NCBI GenBank assembly: GCA_031409655.1
Contig: JANNXQ010000060.1
Location: 1 to 30,015, forward strand
DNA length: 30,015 bases
Direction of reading: 5' to 3'
From: Chthoniobacteraceae bacterium
Lineage (GTDB): Bacteria; Verrucomicrobiota; Verrucomicrobiia; Chthoniobacterales; Chthoniobacteraceae
Positions 9,501 to 18,425 of this stretch are shown here, in pieces. Position 1 is the stretch's first letter, and each line of letters starts with the position of its first letter. The notes below the pieces were generated by a model. It did no database searches. It was not told the origin of the DNA and saw only the letters and a list, made by a program, of their open reading frames with translations. Position numbers and translations under genes: made by a program.

Positions 9501-10102
9501 TCGTGCGCGATCACGCCCTCGCGGTGAGCGGACTGCTGAGCCGAAAAATGCTCGGACCCAGCGTGCGTCCGCCGCGGCCGGAACTCGGCCTCAAGGCTGC
9601 ATTCGGCCGCATGATGGACTGGGAGACGAGCCCCGGCGAAGACCGCTACCGCCGCGCGCTCTACACCGAGGCCCGCCGGACGAGCCCGTATCCGAGCATG
9701 GCGACCTTCGACGCGCCGAGCCGCGAGACCTGCACGCTCCGCCGCGACCGCACGAACACGCCACTCCAGGCACTCGTGACCCTCAACGACCCCGTCTATG
9801 TCGAAGCCGCGCAGGCTCTCGCGCGCCGGATGAACGCAGGCAGCACGGACGCGAAGGAGAAGGCGCGCCTCGGCTTCCGCCTCTGCCTCACGCGGCCGCC
9901 CAGCGACGCGGAATCGGATCGCCTCATCCGCATGCACGGTGAAGCCCTCACCTTCTACAAACAGGACGAAAAAGCCGCGAACGACATGGCCACAAACCCG
10001 CTCGGCCCGGTGCCGGCAGGCGCCGATGTGGCGGACCTCGCGGCGTGGACGACCGTGGCGAATGTGCTGCTCAATCTCGATGAAACTTTAATGAAGCGAT
10101 GA
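6578..10102 (+). CDS. PSD1/planctomycete cytochrome c domain protein (PSCyt1, DUF1549, DUF1553) with internal discoidin/F5-8 type C-like domains
   Basis: Signal peptide; [99 protein letters not shown]. Two CxxCH motifs. Confidence 0.93.
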   Translation: MRSDLSPIAPIFFVGALGLSSAGSLAAAAPDFQREIRPILSNNCFHCHGPDQDERKGGKEGSGGLRLDTEEGARAALDDGFFSIVPGAPEKSAVIERITTDDRDDLMPPKKTGKKLTAREVDLLKRWIASGAKYANHWAYDKPQRPPVPEISDLGFQLPSVTWTNPIDAFLFQRLEREHLTPAAEADRTTLLRRVSLDLTGLPPTLEEADTFLADTVPDAYARLVDRLLASPAYGEHWGRMWLDLARYADSAGYADDPPRTIWAYRDYVINAFNRNLPFDRFTIEQLAGDLLPEPTEEQLIATAFHRNTMTNNEGGTPDEEYRNAAVVDRTNTTLAVWMGTSFACAQCHTHKYDPITHHEYYRAFAFFNNTADADKKDESPLLSFFSAEQRQQRTQWEAELAALDAKFKDAGTKLAAGAEKWAHAFPAQLDWRAPQMPAWTAQSGAVLEPQPDGTVLVAQNSAKKDAYTLEIPIAAAQKLSALRLESLPHEALPGKGAGHGGGNFVVTRVRAAVAPPEGSAGPVARFVRIDLPGKSKILQLAEVQVLSGGVNVALQGEAKQTDSFSGAIAGRAIDGETAGEWEKASVAHTTEGDNRYWEVDLKQDYPIQRIVVWNRAEIPERLAGFRIAALDANRQPVWEQAGNTAPQPSATFAVNGAREIPFAEVSADFTQTGFDPKLVLVEAAPKDARKGPEKGWAIGGAATKPHTLTLLATKPVELPAGAKLRVTIEQQSKHDGHTLGHFRVSTTDDARVAEHLRTPSEVIAALAAPEAERTPAQRDRIADHYVRTIAPDLKAERQQLAALQKQIASITANTVPIFRELPAEQRRKTAVQIRGNYQSLGDAVTEGVPAAFHPLPQDAPMNRLTFAKWLVDEANPLTARVVANRFWEQLFGIGIVRTSEEFGAQGDLPEHPELLDWLATELVRLKWDMKGFVKLLVTTHAYRQASKATPDLLERDPDNRLLARGPRLRMSAEVVRDHALAVSGLLSRKMLGPSVRPPRPELGLKAAFGRMMDWETSPGEDRYRRALYTEARRTSPYPSMATFDAPSRETCTLRRDRTNTPLQALVTLNDPVYVEAAQALARRMNAGSTDAKEKARLGFRLCLTRPPSDAESDRLIRMHGEALTFYKQDEKAANDMATNPLGPVPAGADVADLAAWTTVANVLLNLDETLMKR

Positions 10103-10132
10103 GCACTCAAGTTATGCGGAACTCAGATTTCC

Positions 10133-10288
10133 GGGGAGCATACGCGTCCCGCGTGTTGGTTTCGGCGTCCCGCCGAAACGAACTTTTGGGTGCGTTCGGC
10201 CTGCTGCCGGCCACGGGGAATTCGGGACGTCTTGGAAGTTCGTCGAGGCGGGACGCCTCGACCAACACGCGAGACGCGTATGCTCCCC
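10133..10288. repeat. REP doublet (53-bp imperfect inverted repeats, each with an internal hairpin)
   Basis: 10133-10185 versus the reverse complement of 10236-10288: 46/53 identical. Six of the seven differences are compensatory within the internal stem. Confidence 0.88.
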
Positions 10289-10325
10289 AGATTCTTGCCT
10301 CAACACTCACGAACCCCAGGTGCCT

Positions 10326-11780
10326 ATGAACCCCGCTCTTACTCATCTCCAGCACATCACCCGCCGGAATTTCCTCCGCCAGTCCGGCCAGTTCAGCCTA
10401 GGCGCGATTGCGCTGAATGCGCTGCTCGGCAGCAATGCCGAAGCCGTCGTCGATCCGAATGCGAATCCCTTCCTCCCGCGCGCGCCGCATTTTCCGGCGA
10501 AGGCGAAGCGCGTGATCTACCTCCAGATGTCCGGTGCGCCGCCGCATCTCGATCTCTTTGACTACAAGCCGGAGCTGGTGAAACGCGATGGGCAGGACGC
10601 GCCGGATCAGTTCGTGAAGGGCAAGACCTTCGCCTTCACCTCGGGCACGCCGAAACTGATGGGCACGCCGCGTAAATTTTCGCAACACGGCAAGAGCGGC
10701 ATGTGGATGTCGGATGCGATTCCGAACTTCCACGGCGTCGCGGATGACCTCTGCCTCATCAAGTCGATGTGGACCGATCAGTTCAATCACGCGCCGGCGG
10801 AGCTGCTGCTCTTCACCGGCTCGCCGCGACAGGGGCGGCCTTCGATGGGTTCGTGGGCGACTTACGGCCTCGGCTCGGAGAATCAGGATCTGCCGGGCTT
10901 TGTCGTGCTCATCTCCAGCGGCGTGCAGCCGAGCGCGGGACAGAATGCGTGGGCCAGCGGATTTCTGCCGTCCGTTTTCCAAGGCGTGCAGTGCCGCTCG
11001 AAAGGCGACCCGGTGCTCTACGTGAGCGATCCGCCGGGGATGAATCGCGCGCTGCGCCGCAAGACCCTCGACGCGCTGCGCGATCTCAATGAGTTGCAGG
11101 AGAAGGAACTCGGCAGCCCCGAGACCGCGACCCGTATTTCGCAGTACGAACTCGCCTTCCGCATGCAGGTCAGCGTGCCCGAAGTCATGGACATCTCGAA
11201 GGAGCCCGAGGCCGTGCGCGAGGCCTACGGCGCGCAACCGGGCGAATCGAGCTTTGCCAACAACTGCCTGCTTGCGCGCCGGCTCGTGGAGAAGGGCGTG
11301 CGTTTTGTGCATCTCTTCGACTGGGGCTGGGACTTTCACGGCACTGGGCCGCAGGAGGGCATCACCGACGGACTCACGGCCAAGATGGCGAAGACCGACA
11401 AGCCCATCGCCGCGCTGCTCCGCGATCTCAAGGAGCGCGGCCTCCTCGAAGACACGCTGATCGTGTGGGGCGGCGAATTCGGCCGCACCCCGTTCCGCGA
11501 AGGCCGCACCGCCAAGAGCGACGTGCTCGGTCGCGATCATTTCCCGGATGCCTTCTGCGTCTTCCTTGCCGGAGCCGGGGTGAAGAGCGGTCAGACCTTC
11601 GGCGAGACAGATGAACTCGGCTTCTCCGTCGTGGAAAACAAAGTCCACATCCACGACCTCCAGGCAACGATCATGCACCTGCTCGGTTTCGATCACGAAA
11701 AGCTGACCTTCCGCTTCCAGGGCCGCGACTACCGGCTGACCGACGTGCATGGGCACATCGTGAAAGGCGTGCTGGCGTAG
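10326..11780 (+). CDS. DUF1501 family (sulfatase/alkaline-phosphatase-like fold) protein, Tat-exported
   Basis: TRRNFL twin-arginine signal; AKAKRVIYLQMSGAPPHLDLFDYKP; NHAPA; GRPSMGSW; CLLARRLVEKGVRFV; WDFH; WGGEFGRTP; GRDH. Usual partner of DUF1553 proteins. Confidence 0.93.
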   Translation: MNPALTHLQHITRRNFLRQSGQFSLGAIALNALLGSNAEAVVDPNANPFLPRAPHFPAKAKRVIYLQMSGAPPHLDLFDYKPELVKRDGQDAPDQFVKGKTFAFTSGTPKLMGTPRKFSQHGKSGMWMSDAIPNFHGVADDLCLIKSMWTDQFNHAPAELLLFTGSPRQGRPSMGSWATYGLGSENQDLPGFVVLISSGVQPSAGQNAWASGFLPSVFQGVQCRSKGDPVLYVSDPPGMNRALRRKTLDALRDLNELQEKELGSPETATRISQYELAFRMQVSVPEVMDISKEPEAVREAYGAQPGESSFANNCLLARRLVEKGVRFVHLFDWGWDFHGTGPQEGITDGLTAKMAKTDKPIAALLRDLKERGLLEDTLIVWGGEFGRTPFREGRTAKSDVLGRDHFPDAFCVFLAGAGVKSGQTFGETDELGFSVVENKVHIHDLQATIMHLLGFDHEKLTFRFQGRDYRLTDVHGHIVKGVLA

Positions 11781-11822
11781 CGGGTTGCGAGAGCGAACCG
11801 TCCGCCGACCGTTCTCCACGCT

Positions 11823-11887
11823 TGAATCGCAGCGTTTTTGTGATTCAGTCTCACCCAAACACGGCGCACGACTCAACGTGCGCCGTG
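11823..11887. promoter_or_regulatory. Two adjacent inverted repeats upstream of the RfaH-like gene (operator/UAS or RNA hairpins)
   Basis: TGAATCGCA-N7-TGTGATTCA (11823-11847, 8/9) and perfect CACGGCGCACG-N6-CGTGCGCCGTG (11860-11887). Confidence 0.55.
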
Positions 11888-11901
11888 GCATTTTCCCTGC
11901 A
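11886..11901 (+). promoter_or_regulatory. Putative sigma54 (-24/-12) promoter
   Basis: TGGCAT-TTTCC-CTGCA with exact GG-N10-GC spacing, ending 43 nt before ATG 11945. Confidence 0.6.
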
Positions 11902-11944
11902 TCACTGACCGACCGAAACACCTGCCCGCATTCCTCGATCGACT

Positions 11945-12484
11945 ATGACGCCAGATATTACAGACGAAGTTCGGTGGTATTGCCTGAAAAGTCAGCCCAA
12001 GCATGAGCACATCGCCGCAGCGCACTTGCGACAGATGACGGGCGTGGAGGTTTTTTGCCCGCGGCTGCGCTTTAAGCGTCCGACGGTTCGTGGACCCCGG
12101 TGGTTTGAGGAGGCGATGTTTCCGGGGTATCTCTTTTCAAGATTTCATTTTTCCGCGCGCCACAAGGAAGTGCGCTACGCGATGGGGATCACGAATATCG
12201 TTCGCTTTGGGACGCTCTACGCCTCCGTGGACGACGCCATCATCGCGACGCTCCGCGAGCAGACGAACGGCGACCAAATCGCGGTGCTCGAACACGAGGT
12301 GAAGGAAGGCGACACCGTGAAGGTCGTGGAAGGCGCGCTGCGCGGTCTCGAAGCCGTGGTCACGAGCGTCCTCTCCGGACGCGAACGGGTGCGGGTGCTC
12401 TTGAATTTCCTCGGACGTGAAATCCACGCCGAAGTGAGCCGCACGGGAGTGCTGCCCGCGAAACGGCACCCGATGGCGGCGTAG
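11945..12484 (+). CDS. rfaH: RfaH-like NusG-paralog transcription antiterminator
   Basis: NGN domain WYCLKSQPKHEHIAAAHL...VFCP...MFPGYLF...IVRFG and KOW domain GDTVKVVEGALRGLEAV...ERVRVLLNFLGRE; 179 aa. Confidence 0.88.
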   Translation: MTPDITDEVRWYCLKSQPKHEHIAAAHLRQMTGVEVFCPRLRFKRPTVRGPRWFEEAMFPGYLFSRFHFSARHKEVRYAMGITNIVRFGTLYASVDDAIIATLREQTNGDQIAVLEHEVKEGDTVKVVEGALRGLEAVVTSVLSGRERVRVLLNFLGREIHAEVSRTGVLPAKRHPMAA

Positions 12485-12505
12485 CCTCGCGACGGCAGCC
12501 GCGGT

Positions 12506-13795
12506 TTACTTTACTTTCCGCGGCGGGAGTGGCGCGGGTGCGGGTTCGGTGGCCGCGTCGGTAGCGTAGGTGAAGGTCCAACGTGTTTCGGGGCGCTGCA
12601 CCCCGATTTTCGCCGATACAATGACCGTGTAATTGCCTGGCCGCAGCGGCGCGGTGGGGGTGTAGGAAATGGTGTTCGACTCTTCGTCGTACTTTGCGGG
12701 CACCAGGCCCAAGCCGCTCACGCGCATCTCCAGGGTCCCCGCGTCGAAGGTTCCCATCGTCGAGACGTTGGCCTTGATCTCAGGCTTCGGGTTGCTGGTG
12801 ATTTCGTTGTTCATCGGCTGCGTGATCATGGACACAGCGGCATCCTGCGCCATCACTGGCGCGCCACTCGGGGCGGCCATTCCCTGAAAGGTGACGCCGA
12901 CCGTAAAGGAATCCGTCCCCCGCGCGTCCTTTGTCGTGACGTCGTAGCGACCAAGAGTCATGGCGTCGGTGGTCATCCCGAGCCGCTGACCATAGGTCGT
13001 GAAGCAGGCTTCGTAGCCGGCAGTGCGGCAGGCTTCGTTGACCTTGGCATTGTGCAGGCCAAAGGGGTAGGCCAGCGTCGCACAGCGGATCCCGAGCTTT
13101 TCCTCAAGCGTCTTTTTCGAAAACTCGAGTTCGTTCTTCAGCCAGTCTTCGTAGGTGCCGGACGCTTTCGAGGGCTTCCGCCGGAGATCTTCGTGCGACA
13201 CGGTGTGGCACCCGATCTCGACCCCAGCGTCCCGCATCTCCTCGAGTTGCGTCCAGGTGACGGACTTCCCGCCCGAGTTGATGTACTTCAGATAAACAAA
13301 CATCGTGAACGGATAGCCGAAGCGTTTCAGGATCGGCCAGCCGACGTCGTAGCCAGAGACGTAGCCATCATCGATGGTGATGATCACGCTCTTCGCCGGG
13401 ATGTTCTTTTCGCCACGACGCCAGGCGAGGAAATCCTGCATCGAGATGACGGACAGTCCGGCATCCTTGATGTCCTGCATCTGCTTTTCAAAAAGGGCCG
13501 GCTCGATGGAAAGCGCACCGCCGGCTTTGCCTTCGAGACGGTGATAGCAGAAGACGACGACCTGCGCGTGCGGGTCGATGACGGGCTTTGGCGGCAGCTC
13601 GGGAGCTTTCTTGGCCTGCGGTTTCGGTGGCTCCGGTGCCGGAGGGGGCGTCGCCAGGGGCGGCGTGGCCACGACGGCGACCACTGGAGCGGGAGTCGCC
13701 TCGGCCTTTTTCTTAAAGCCGGGCAACTTGATCTTATCGCAGCCCGTGAGGACGAGTGCTGCGGCGGCAAAGAGGAATGCAGAAGTTCGAATCAT
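12506..13795 (-). CDS. Polysaccharide deacetylase (NodB/CE4) lipoprotein with Pro-rich linker and C-terminal Ig-like extension
   Basis: Lipobox LTGC; Pro/Ala linker; YHR, ITIDDGY, GCHTVSH and LAYPFG motifs. Confidence 0.9.
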   Translation of the reverse strand: MIRTSAFLFAAAALVLTGCDKIKLPGFKKKAEATPAPVVAVVATPPLATPPPAPEPPKPQAKKAPELPPKPVIDPHAQVVVFCYHRLEGKAGGALSIEPALFEKQMQDIKDAGLSVISMQDFLAWRRGEKNIPAKSVIITIDDGYVSGYDVGWPILKRFGYPFTMFVYLKYINSGGKSVTWTQLEEMRDAGVEIGCHTVSHEDLRRKPSKASGTYEDWLKNELEFSKKTLEEKLGIRCATLAYPFGLHNAKVNEACRTAGYEACFTTYGQRLGMTTDAMTLGRYDVTTKDARGTDSFTVGVTFQGMAAPSGAPVMAQDAAVSMITQPMNNEITSNPKPEIKANVSTMGTFDAGTLEMRVSGLGLVPAKYDEESNTISYTPTAPLRPGNYTVIVSAKIGVQRPETRWTFTYATDAATEPAPAPLPPRKVK

Positions 13796-13882
13796 AAATC
13801 AGAAGCGCGAAGTAGCGATGCCGTCAGAATAACAGACCCGCCACCCGTGGGAAGGGCAACGTCGCGCGAGTCGGTCCTTTGC

Positions 13883-15178
13883 CTACGCGATCCCGAGCCG
13901 GCGGAAGGTTTCGTCGATGTGGCGAAAATGATGATCCAGCGAGCAGAGACGCTCGATTTCGTCCGGCGGAATATTGGCGGTGATCTCCGGCTCGGCCACG
14001 AGATTTTCCTGGAGCGACGCGTCGCCCTGCCAGGTCTTCATCGCGGCGCGCTGCACGGCCTCGTAGGCGGTCTTCCGCTCCAGCCCACGCTCGGTGAGTT
14101 TCAAAAGGATCGTCTGCGAATGGTAGAGGCCCTTCGTGATCCGGAGGTTGCGCTCCATGTTTTCCGGATAGACGAGGAGGCGCTGCACGAGCTTCCGGAG
14201 CGAGACCAGCATGTAGTCCAGCAGGATGCACGAGTCGGGGAAAATGACGCGCTCGACAGATGAGTGACTGATGTCGCGCTCGTGCCAGAGGGCGACGTTT
14301 TCCAAGGCGGCGACGGCGTTGCCGCGGATGAGCCGGGCGAGGCCGCTGAGCTTCTCGCCGGTGATCGGGTTGCGCTTGTGCGGCATCGCGGAGCTGCCCT
14401 TCTGGCCGGCGGAAAAGTATTCCTCCACTTCCAGCACTTCGGTGCGCTGAAGGTGCCGGAACTCCGTGGCCCAGCGGTCGATGCTCGACGCAATGACGGC
14501 CAACACCGCGTGATACTCGGCGTGCCGATCGCGCTGCAGGACTTGCGTGCTGAGCACCGCGGGAGCCAGGCCGAGCCGTTTGCAGACGAGATCCTCCACG
14601 CGCGGATCGAGATGCGCGTGCGTCCCCACCGCACCGCTCAATTTTCCCACCCGGATGCGCGGCTGCACCTGCTCCAGCCGCTCCAGCGCGCGGCCAAATT
14701 CGTCATACATCAGCGCCAGCTTCAGGCCGAAGGTGATGGGCTCCGCATGGATGCCGTGGCTGCGCCCGATCATCGCCGTGTGCTTGAACTCGCGCGCCCG
14801 GACCGCGACCACCTCGCGGAGTTCGCGCAGATCCTTGAGCAAAATGTCCGACGCCTCGGCAGTCTGCACCGCCAGCGTGGTATCGAGCACATCCGAACTC
14901 GTCATTCCCTGGTGCATCCACCGGCACGCGGGCCCGACATAGCTCGCCACGTTCTCCAAAAATGCGATCACGTCATGATTCGTGCGCTTTTCGATCTCCA
15001 TGATCTCGGCAAGATCGAATTTCGCCTTCGCCCGGATCGTCTCCGCATCCGCTTTCGGTATCACCCCGATCTCGGCCTGCGCCTCACAGGCGAGCGTCTC
15101 AATTTCGAGCCAGATCTCATATTTGCGCTGATCGGCCCAGATGGCCGCCATTTCGGGAAGGGTGTAACGTTCGATCAC
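13883..15178 (-). CDS. purB: Adenylosuccinate lyase
   Basis: GTG-IERYTLPEM start; TNHDV, HQGMTSSD, GRSHGIHAEP, SGAVG and the GSSAMPHKRNP signature; 431 aa. Confidence 0.97.
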   Translation of the reverse strand: MIERYTLPEMAAIWADQRKYEIWLEIETLACEAQAEIGVIPKADAETIRAKAKFDLAEIMEIEKRTNHDVIAFLENVASYVGPACRWMHQGMTSSDVLDTTLAVQTAEASDILLKDLRELREVVAVRAREFKHTAMIGRSHGIHAEPITFGLKLALMYDEFGRALERLEQVQPRIRVGKLSGAVGTHAHLDPRVEDLVCKRLGLAPAVLSTQVLQRDRHAEYHAVLAVIASSIDRWATEFRHLQRTEVLEVEEYFSAGQKGSSAMPHKRNPITGEKLSGLARLIRGNAVAALENVALWHERDISHSSVERVIFPDSCILLDYMLVSLRKLVQRLLVYPENMERNLRITKGLYHSQTILLKLTERGLERKTAYEAVQRAAMKTWQGDASLQENLVAEPEITANIPPDEIERLCSLDHHFRHIDETFRRLGIA

Positions 15179-15287
15179 AAGGGCGCGGAAGGTGCCAAGT
15201 GAGACTGAAAGTGCAAGCGGGAAGGTCGCATTGACCAAACGCCGTATCGTCCGCCGTGTTTCGCTCACAATCCGCCCTTTGCCCCCC

Positions 15288-15329
15288 AAAAAAACTTACC
15301 CCGCCCGGGCTTGGAAGCCCGGAACGGGG
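15288..15329 (-). terminator. Intrinsic terminator downstream of the 59-aa ORF
   Basis: Minus strand: CCCCG-TT-CCGGGCTT-CC-AAGCCCGG-G-CGGGG followed by TAAG-TTTTTTT. Confidence 0.7.
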
Positions 15330-15391
15330 TGTTGGAAAAGCTAACAACGAGTGTCGGGCGATGGCTCACCCCACCGCAGGCGCGAGGCCGT

Positions 15392-15571
15392 TTAGTAAAC
15401 GCGGGCACGCACCGTACGACCGCGGCTTGCCAGGCGCACGCGTCCGGTATCGAGAAGGTCGGCGACAGCGGCGACGGTTTCCTGACTATTGCGGCTATAG
15501 GCGCTGACGGCGAGGATGAGGTCGCCGAGGCAGTAGTTCGAGCGAGTGGTTTTTTTGAGTGGTTTTTTCAT
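15392..15571 (-). CDS. Small basic hypothetical protein (59 aa)
   Basis: MKKPLKKTTRSNYCLGDLILAVSAYSRNSQETVAAVADLLDTGRVRLASRGRTVRARVY; flanked by a sigma54-like promoter and an intrinsic terminator. Confidence 0.7.
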   Translation of the reverse strand: MKKPLKKTTRSNYCLGDLILAVSAYSRNSQETVAAVADLLDTGRVRLASRGRTVRARVY

Positions 15572-15608
15572 TGTGATGTTTGGGTGTGGGAGTGGACCCG
15601 TGTATTTC

Positions 15609-15624
15609 AGCAGTCTGTGTGCCA
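15609..15624 (-). promoter_or_regulatory. Putative sigma54 (-24/-12) promoter
   Basis: Minus strand TGGCAC-ACAGA-CTGCT closely matches TGGCAC-N5-TTGCW and ends 37 nt before ATG 15571. Confidence 0.7.
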
Positions 15625-16006
15625 GGTGCATAATGTGTTCGTATTTCGTTGGGTAGTCAGACGCACGGTGCCCGATAATCGTTCAATACATTTTTTATTT
15701 CGTGCCGTTAAGGATCACAAAATTAAGCCGTCACGTCTGCGTCACCGTCAGGGCAAAAGCCTCGCCCGGACATCCCTGAAATAGAACGCGCTATCGGGAT
15801 CATGCGCCTGGAGGGCGATCGAACCTCCGGCGGGATCGAGCAGCCAGCCCTCGAAGCCCGTCAAGCGCGAGGCGTTGTCGGTCTCGGTTTACTCCACCGT
15901 CTTCTTGTCGTTAACGTGATCCGGCGCAGGGAACTTCCGAGGTCACGGCGAATCGGAGGAGGCAGCCTTGCCATGCCCGGCGGCGGCGGTGTTCCATCGC
16001 TCCGCA

Positions 16007-17782
16007 ATGTCCACTTATCGCCGCGCGCTTGCCTACTACCGGCCTTTTCTCGGGCCGACGATCGCGGCGGTGGCGCTCACGCTCGTGGCTATCGGGCTCG
16101 GGCTGCTGAGGCCGTGGCCGTTTGCTTTCATCGTGGATCATGTGTTGCCGCTCGCGGGAAAAGAGGAGCGCCAGTTGGCTGTTCTTGGTTTCGATTTGAG
16201 CGCCTGGAGCCTGCCCGCCGTCGTCGGGTTGATGTGTGGGTTGATCGTCACCTTTCACCTCATCTCCGGGCTCCTGAATCTCTTCACGGGCATCCTCTTT
16301 CTCCGCGTCGGCTTGCAGGCGCTGCTGCGGCTGCGCACCGAGTTGTACGCTTATCTGCACTCGCTGCCGTTGAAATTTCACGATCAGCGGCGCAGCGCGG
16401 ATTCCAGCTTCCGCGTCGCTTACGATTCGCAGGCGATTCAGGCATTCTACAGCAAGGCGGTGTTCATCTTTCAGGCGACGTTTTCCATCTTCAGCACCTT
16501 TGCGGTGATGTGGCGGCTGGATTCGAAACTCACGCTGCTTTCGCTCACCGTCGTCCCGTTCATGGTCGCCGCCACTTACCTCTATGCGAAGCGCATCCGC
16601 ACCGAGGCGACGACGATCGCCGAGCGCGAAAGCGCGGTGCTCACGGTGGCTCAGGAAGGGCTGAGTTCCATCAAGATGGTGCAGGCCTTCGGACGGGAGG
16701 ACTACGAGGTGGCGCAGTTCCGCAGCAGTGCTCGGGAGAGCCTGGAGGCCAATTTGCGGCTCAATTTCATCTCGATGAAAAGCTCGCTGATCATCGGCAC
16801 GCTGATCGCGTTGAGCACGGCGGCGATGTACTATGTGGGCTCGCGCCATGTCCTTGAGGGCACGCTCAAACTCGGCGAACTCATCTGGGTTTCCTCGCTC
16901 CTCCTCCTGCTCTACCAGCCGCTCGAAGCGCTCACCCAAGTGGCCTGGGCGCTGGAAGGCGCGGCGGCCGGGGCGCAGCGTTGCTTCGAAGTGCTGGACC
17001 GTGCCGATGACGTGCCGGACGCGCCCGATGCCCGCACTTTGGAAACGTCCCAAGGCGAGATCGTCTATGAAAACGTGAGCTTCGGCTACGCCGCCGATCG
17101 CCCGATCTTCAGCGGGGTGAACTTGCGCATCGCTCCGGGGCAGACGGTGGCTTTCGTCGGCGGTACGGGTGCGGGAAAATCGACGCTCCTGAGCCTCGTG
17201 CCGCGGTTCTACGATCCCACCGGCGGACGCGTGCTCCTGGATGGCCACGATGTCCGGAGCATCAAGAAGAAGTCCCTGCGCAACCAGATGAGCATCGTCC
17301 TCCAAGACACGCTGCTCTTCTCCACGACGATCCGCGAAAACATCGCCTACGGACGCCCCGACGCCACCGAGGAGGAGATCGTCGAAGCCGCGAAACGCGC
17401 GCAGGCCCACGACTTCATCGTGGCGCAGCCGGACGGCTACAAATCGCAAGTCGGCGAACGCGGCGGCCACCTCAGCGTCGGCCAACGCCAGCGGATCGGC
17501 ATCGCCCGCGCCTTTCTCAAGAATGCCCCCATCCTCCTCCTCGACGAACCCACGAGCGCCCTCGATCCGACGACCGAAGCCGCGATCATGACCACGATCG
17601 AAGAGCTGATGCGCGGCCGCACGACGCTCATCATCACCCACCGCATCGCCACGGTGCATGACGTGGAAAAGATCGTCGTGCTCGCCAATGGCGGCGTGGT
17701 CGAGGAAGGCCGCGGCCCGGAACTCGTCGCTCGGGGCGGCTTCTACGCGGGGCTCTATCGCTCGGCGAATCTGGGAGGCTGA
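16007..17782 (+). CDS. ABC exporter, fused TMD-NBD half transporter (MsbA/Sav1866-type)
   Basis: N-terminal TM helices; Walker A GGTGAGKST; signature LSVGQRQR; Walker B ILLLDE; ITHR switch. Confidence 0.93.
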   Translation: MSTYRRALAYYRPFLGPTIAAVALTLVAIGLGLLRPWPFAFIVDHVLPLAGKEERQLAVLGFDLSAWSLPAVVGLMCGLIVTFHLISGLLNLFTGILFLRVGLQALLRLRTELYAYLHSLPLKFHDQRRSADSSFRVAYDSQAIQAFYSKAVFIFQATFSIFSTFAVMWRLDSKLTLLSLTVVPFMVAATYLYAKRIRTEATTIAERESAVLTVAQEGLSSIKMVQAFGREDYEVAQFRSSARESLEANLRLNFISMKSSLIIGTLIALSTAAMYYVGSRHVLEGTLKLGELIWVSSLLLLLYQPLEALTQVAWALEGAAAGAQRCFEVLDRADDVPDAPDARTLETSQGEIVYENVSFGYAADRPIFSGVNLRIAPGQTVAFVGGTGAGKSTLLSLVPRFYDPTGGRVLLDGHDVRSIKKKSLRNQMSIVLQDTLLFSTTIRENIAYGRPDATEEEIVEAAKRAQAHDFIVAQPDGYKSQVGERGGHLSVGQRQRIGIARAFLKNAPILLLDEPTSALDPTTEAAIMTTIEELMRGRTTLIITHRIATVHDVEKIVVLANGGVVEEGRGPELVARGGFYAGLYRSANLGG

Positions 17783-17827
17783 ATCGCGATTCTTTCCACC
17801 CCGATCCGATCGTGCTGTAACTGAGGC

Positions 17828-18415
17828 ATGAGCAACATCACCGCAGACCGCAGGGTGCAAGACGATTGGTGGCAGCATCCCATCCCGGAGGGGGTGACGT
17901 GGGGCGAGGGTTTGTATCTCGAAACGGCGCAGATCTTCCGCTTCATGCGCAGCAAGCGCCCACTGGCCGTCGAACTCGGCGCGCACGTCTCGTGTTACGC
18001 CGGCGTGTCCTTTGCGCTCGGCGCCAATGGCTCGTGCAAGATCGGCGATTTCACCTTGCTGAATGGCGCACTGATCATGGCCGACGAGCGGATCGAGATC
18101 GGCAAGCACTGCCTCGTCTCCTGGAATGTGGGCATCGCGGACAGCGACTTTCATCCCATCGACGCCGCCCAGCGCCGCATCGACACCATGGCGCTCGCGC
18201 CTTTCTACAAGGACCGCCCACCGCGGCCGCCGCTCAAGACTGCGCCGGTGATCATCTCGGACAATGTGTGGATCGGCATGAATGCGGTCATTCTAAAAGG
18301 CGTGACGATCGGGGAGAATTCCGTCGTCGCGGCCGGAGCGGTCGTCTCGAAATCCGTGCCGCCGAATGTCGTGGTGGCAGGCAATCCGGCCGTCATCGTG
18401 CGCACTCTGGAGTAG
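17828..18415 (+). CDS. Hexapeptide-repeat (left-handed beta-helix) acyltransferase
   Basis: [62 protein letters not shown]. Confidence 0.9.
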   Translation: MSNITADRRVQDDWWQHPIPEGVTWGEGLYLETAQIFRFMRSKRPLAVELGAHVSCYAGVSFALGANGSCKIGDFTLLNGALIMADERIEIGKHCLVSWNVGIADSDFHPIDAAQRRIDTMALAPFYKDRPPRPPLKTAPVIISDNVWIGMNAVILKGVTIGENSVVAAGAVVSKSVPPNVVVAGNPAVIVRTLE

Positions 18416-18425
18416 TCTTTTTGGA

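Noticed and set aside
4509..10288. Palindromic repeats as a CRISPR array or integron attC sites
   Set aside because: No direct repeat-spacer periodicity, no cas or integrase gene, and no clear RYYYAAC/GTTRRRY ends.
15180..15390. Purine-related riboswitch or attenuator ahead of purB
   Set aside because: No recognisable aptamer. The hairpin and T tract are adequately explained as the terminator of the 59-aa gene. An Rfam/Infernal scan would settle it.
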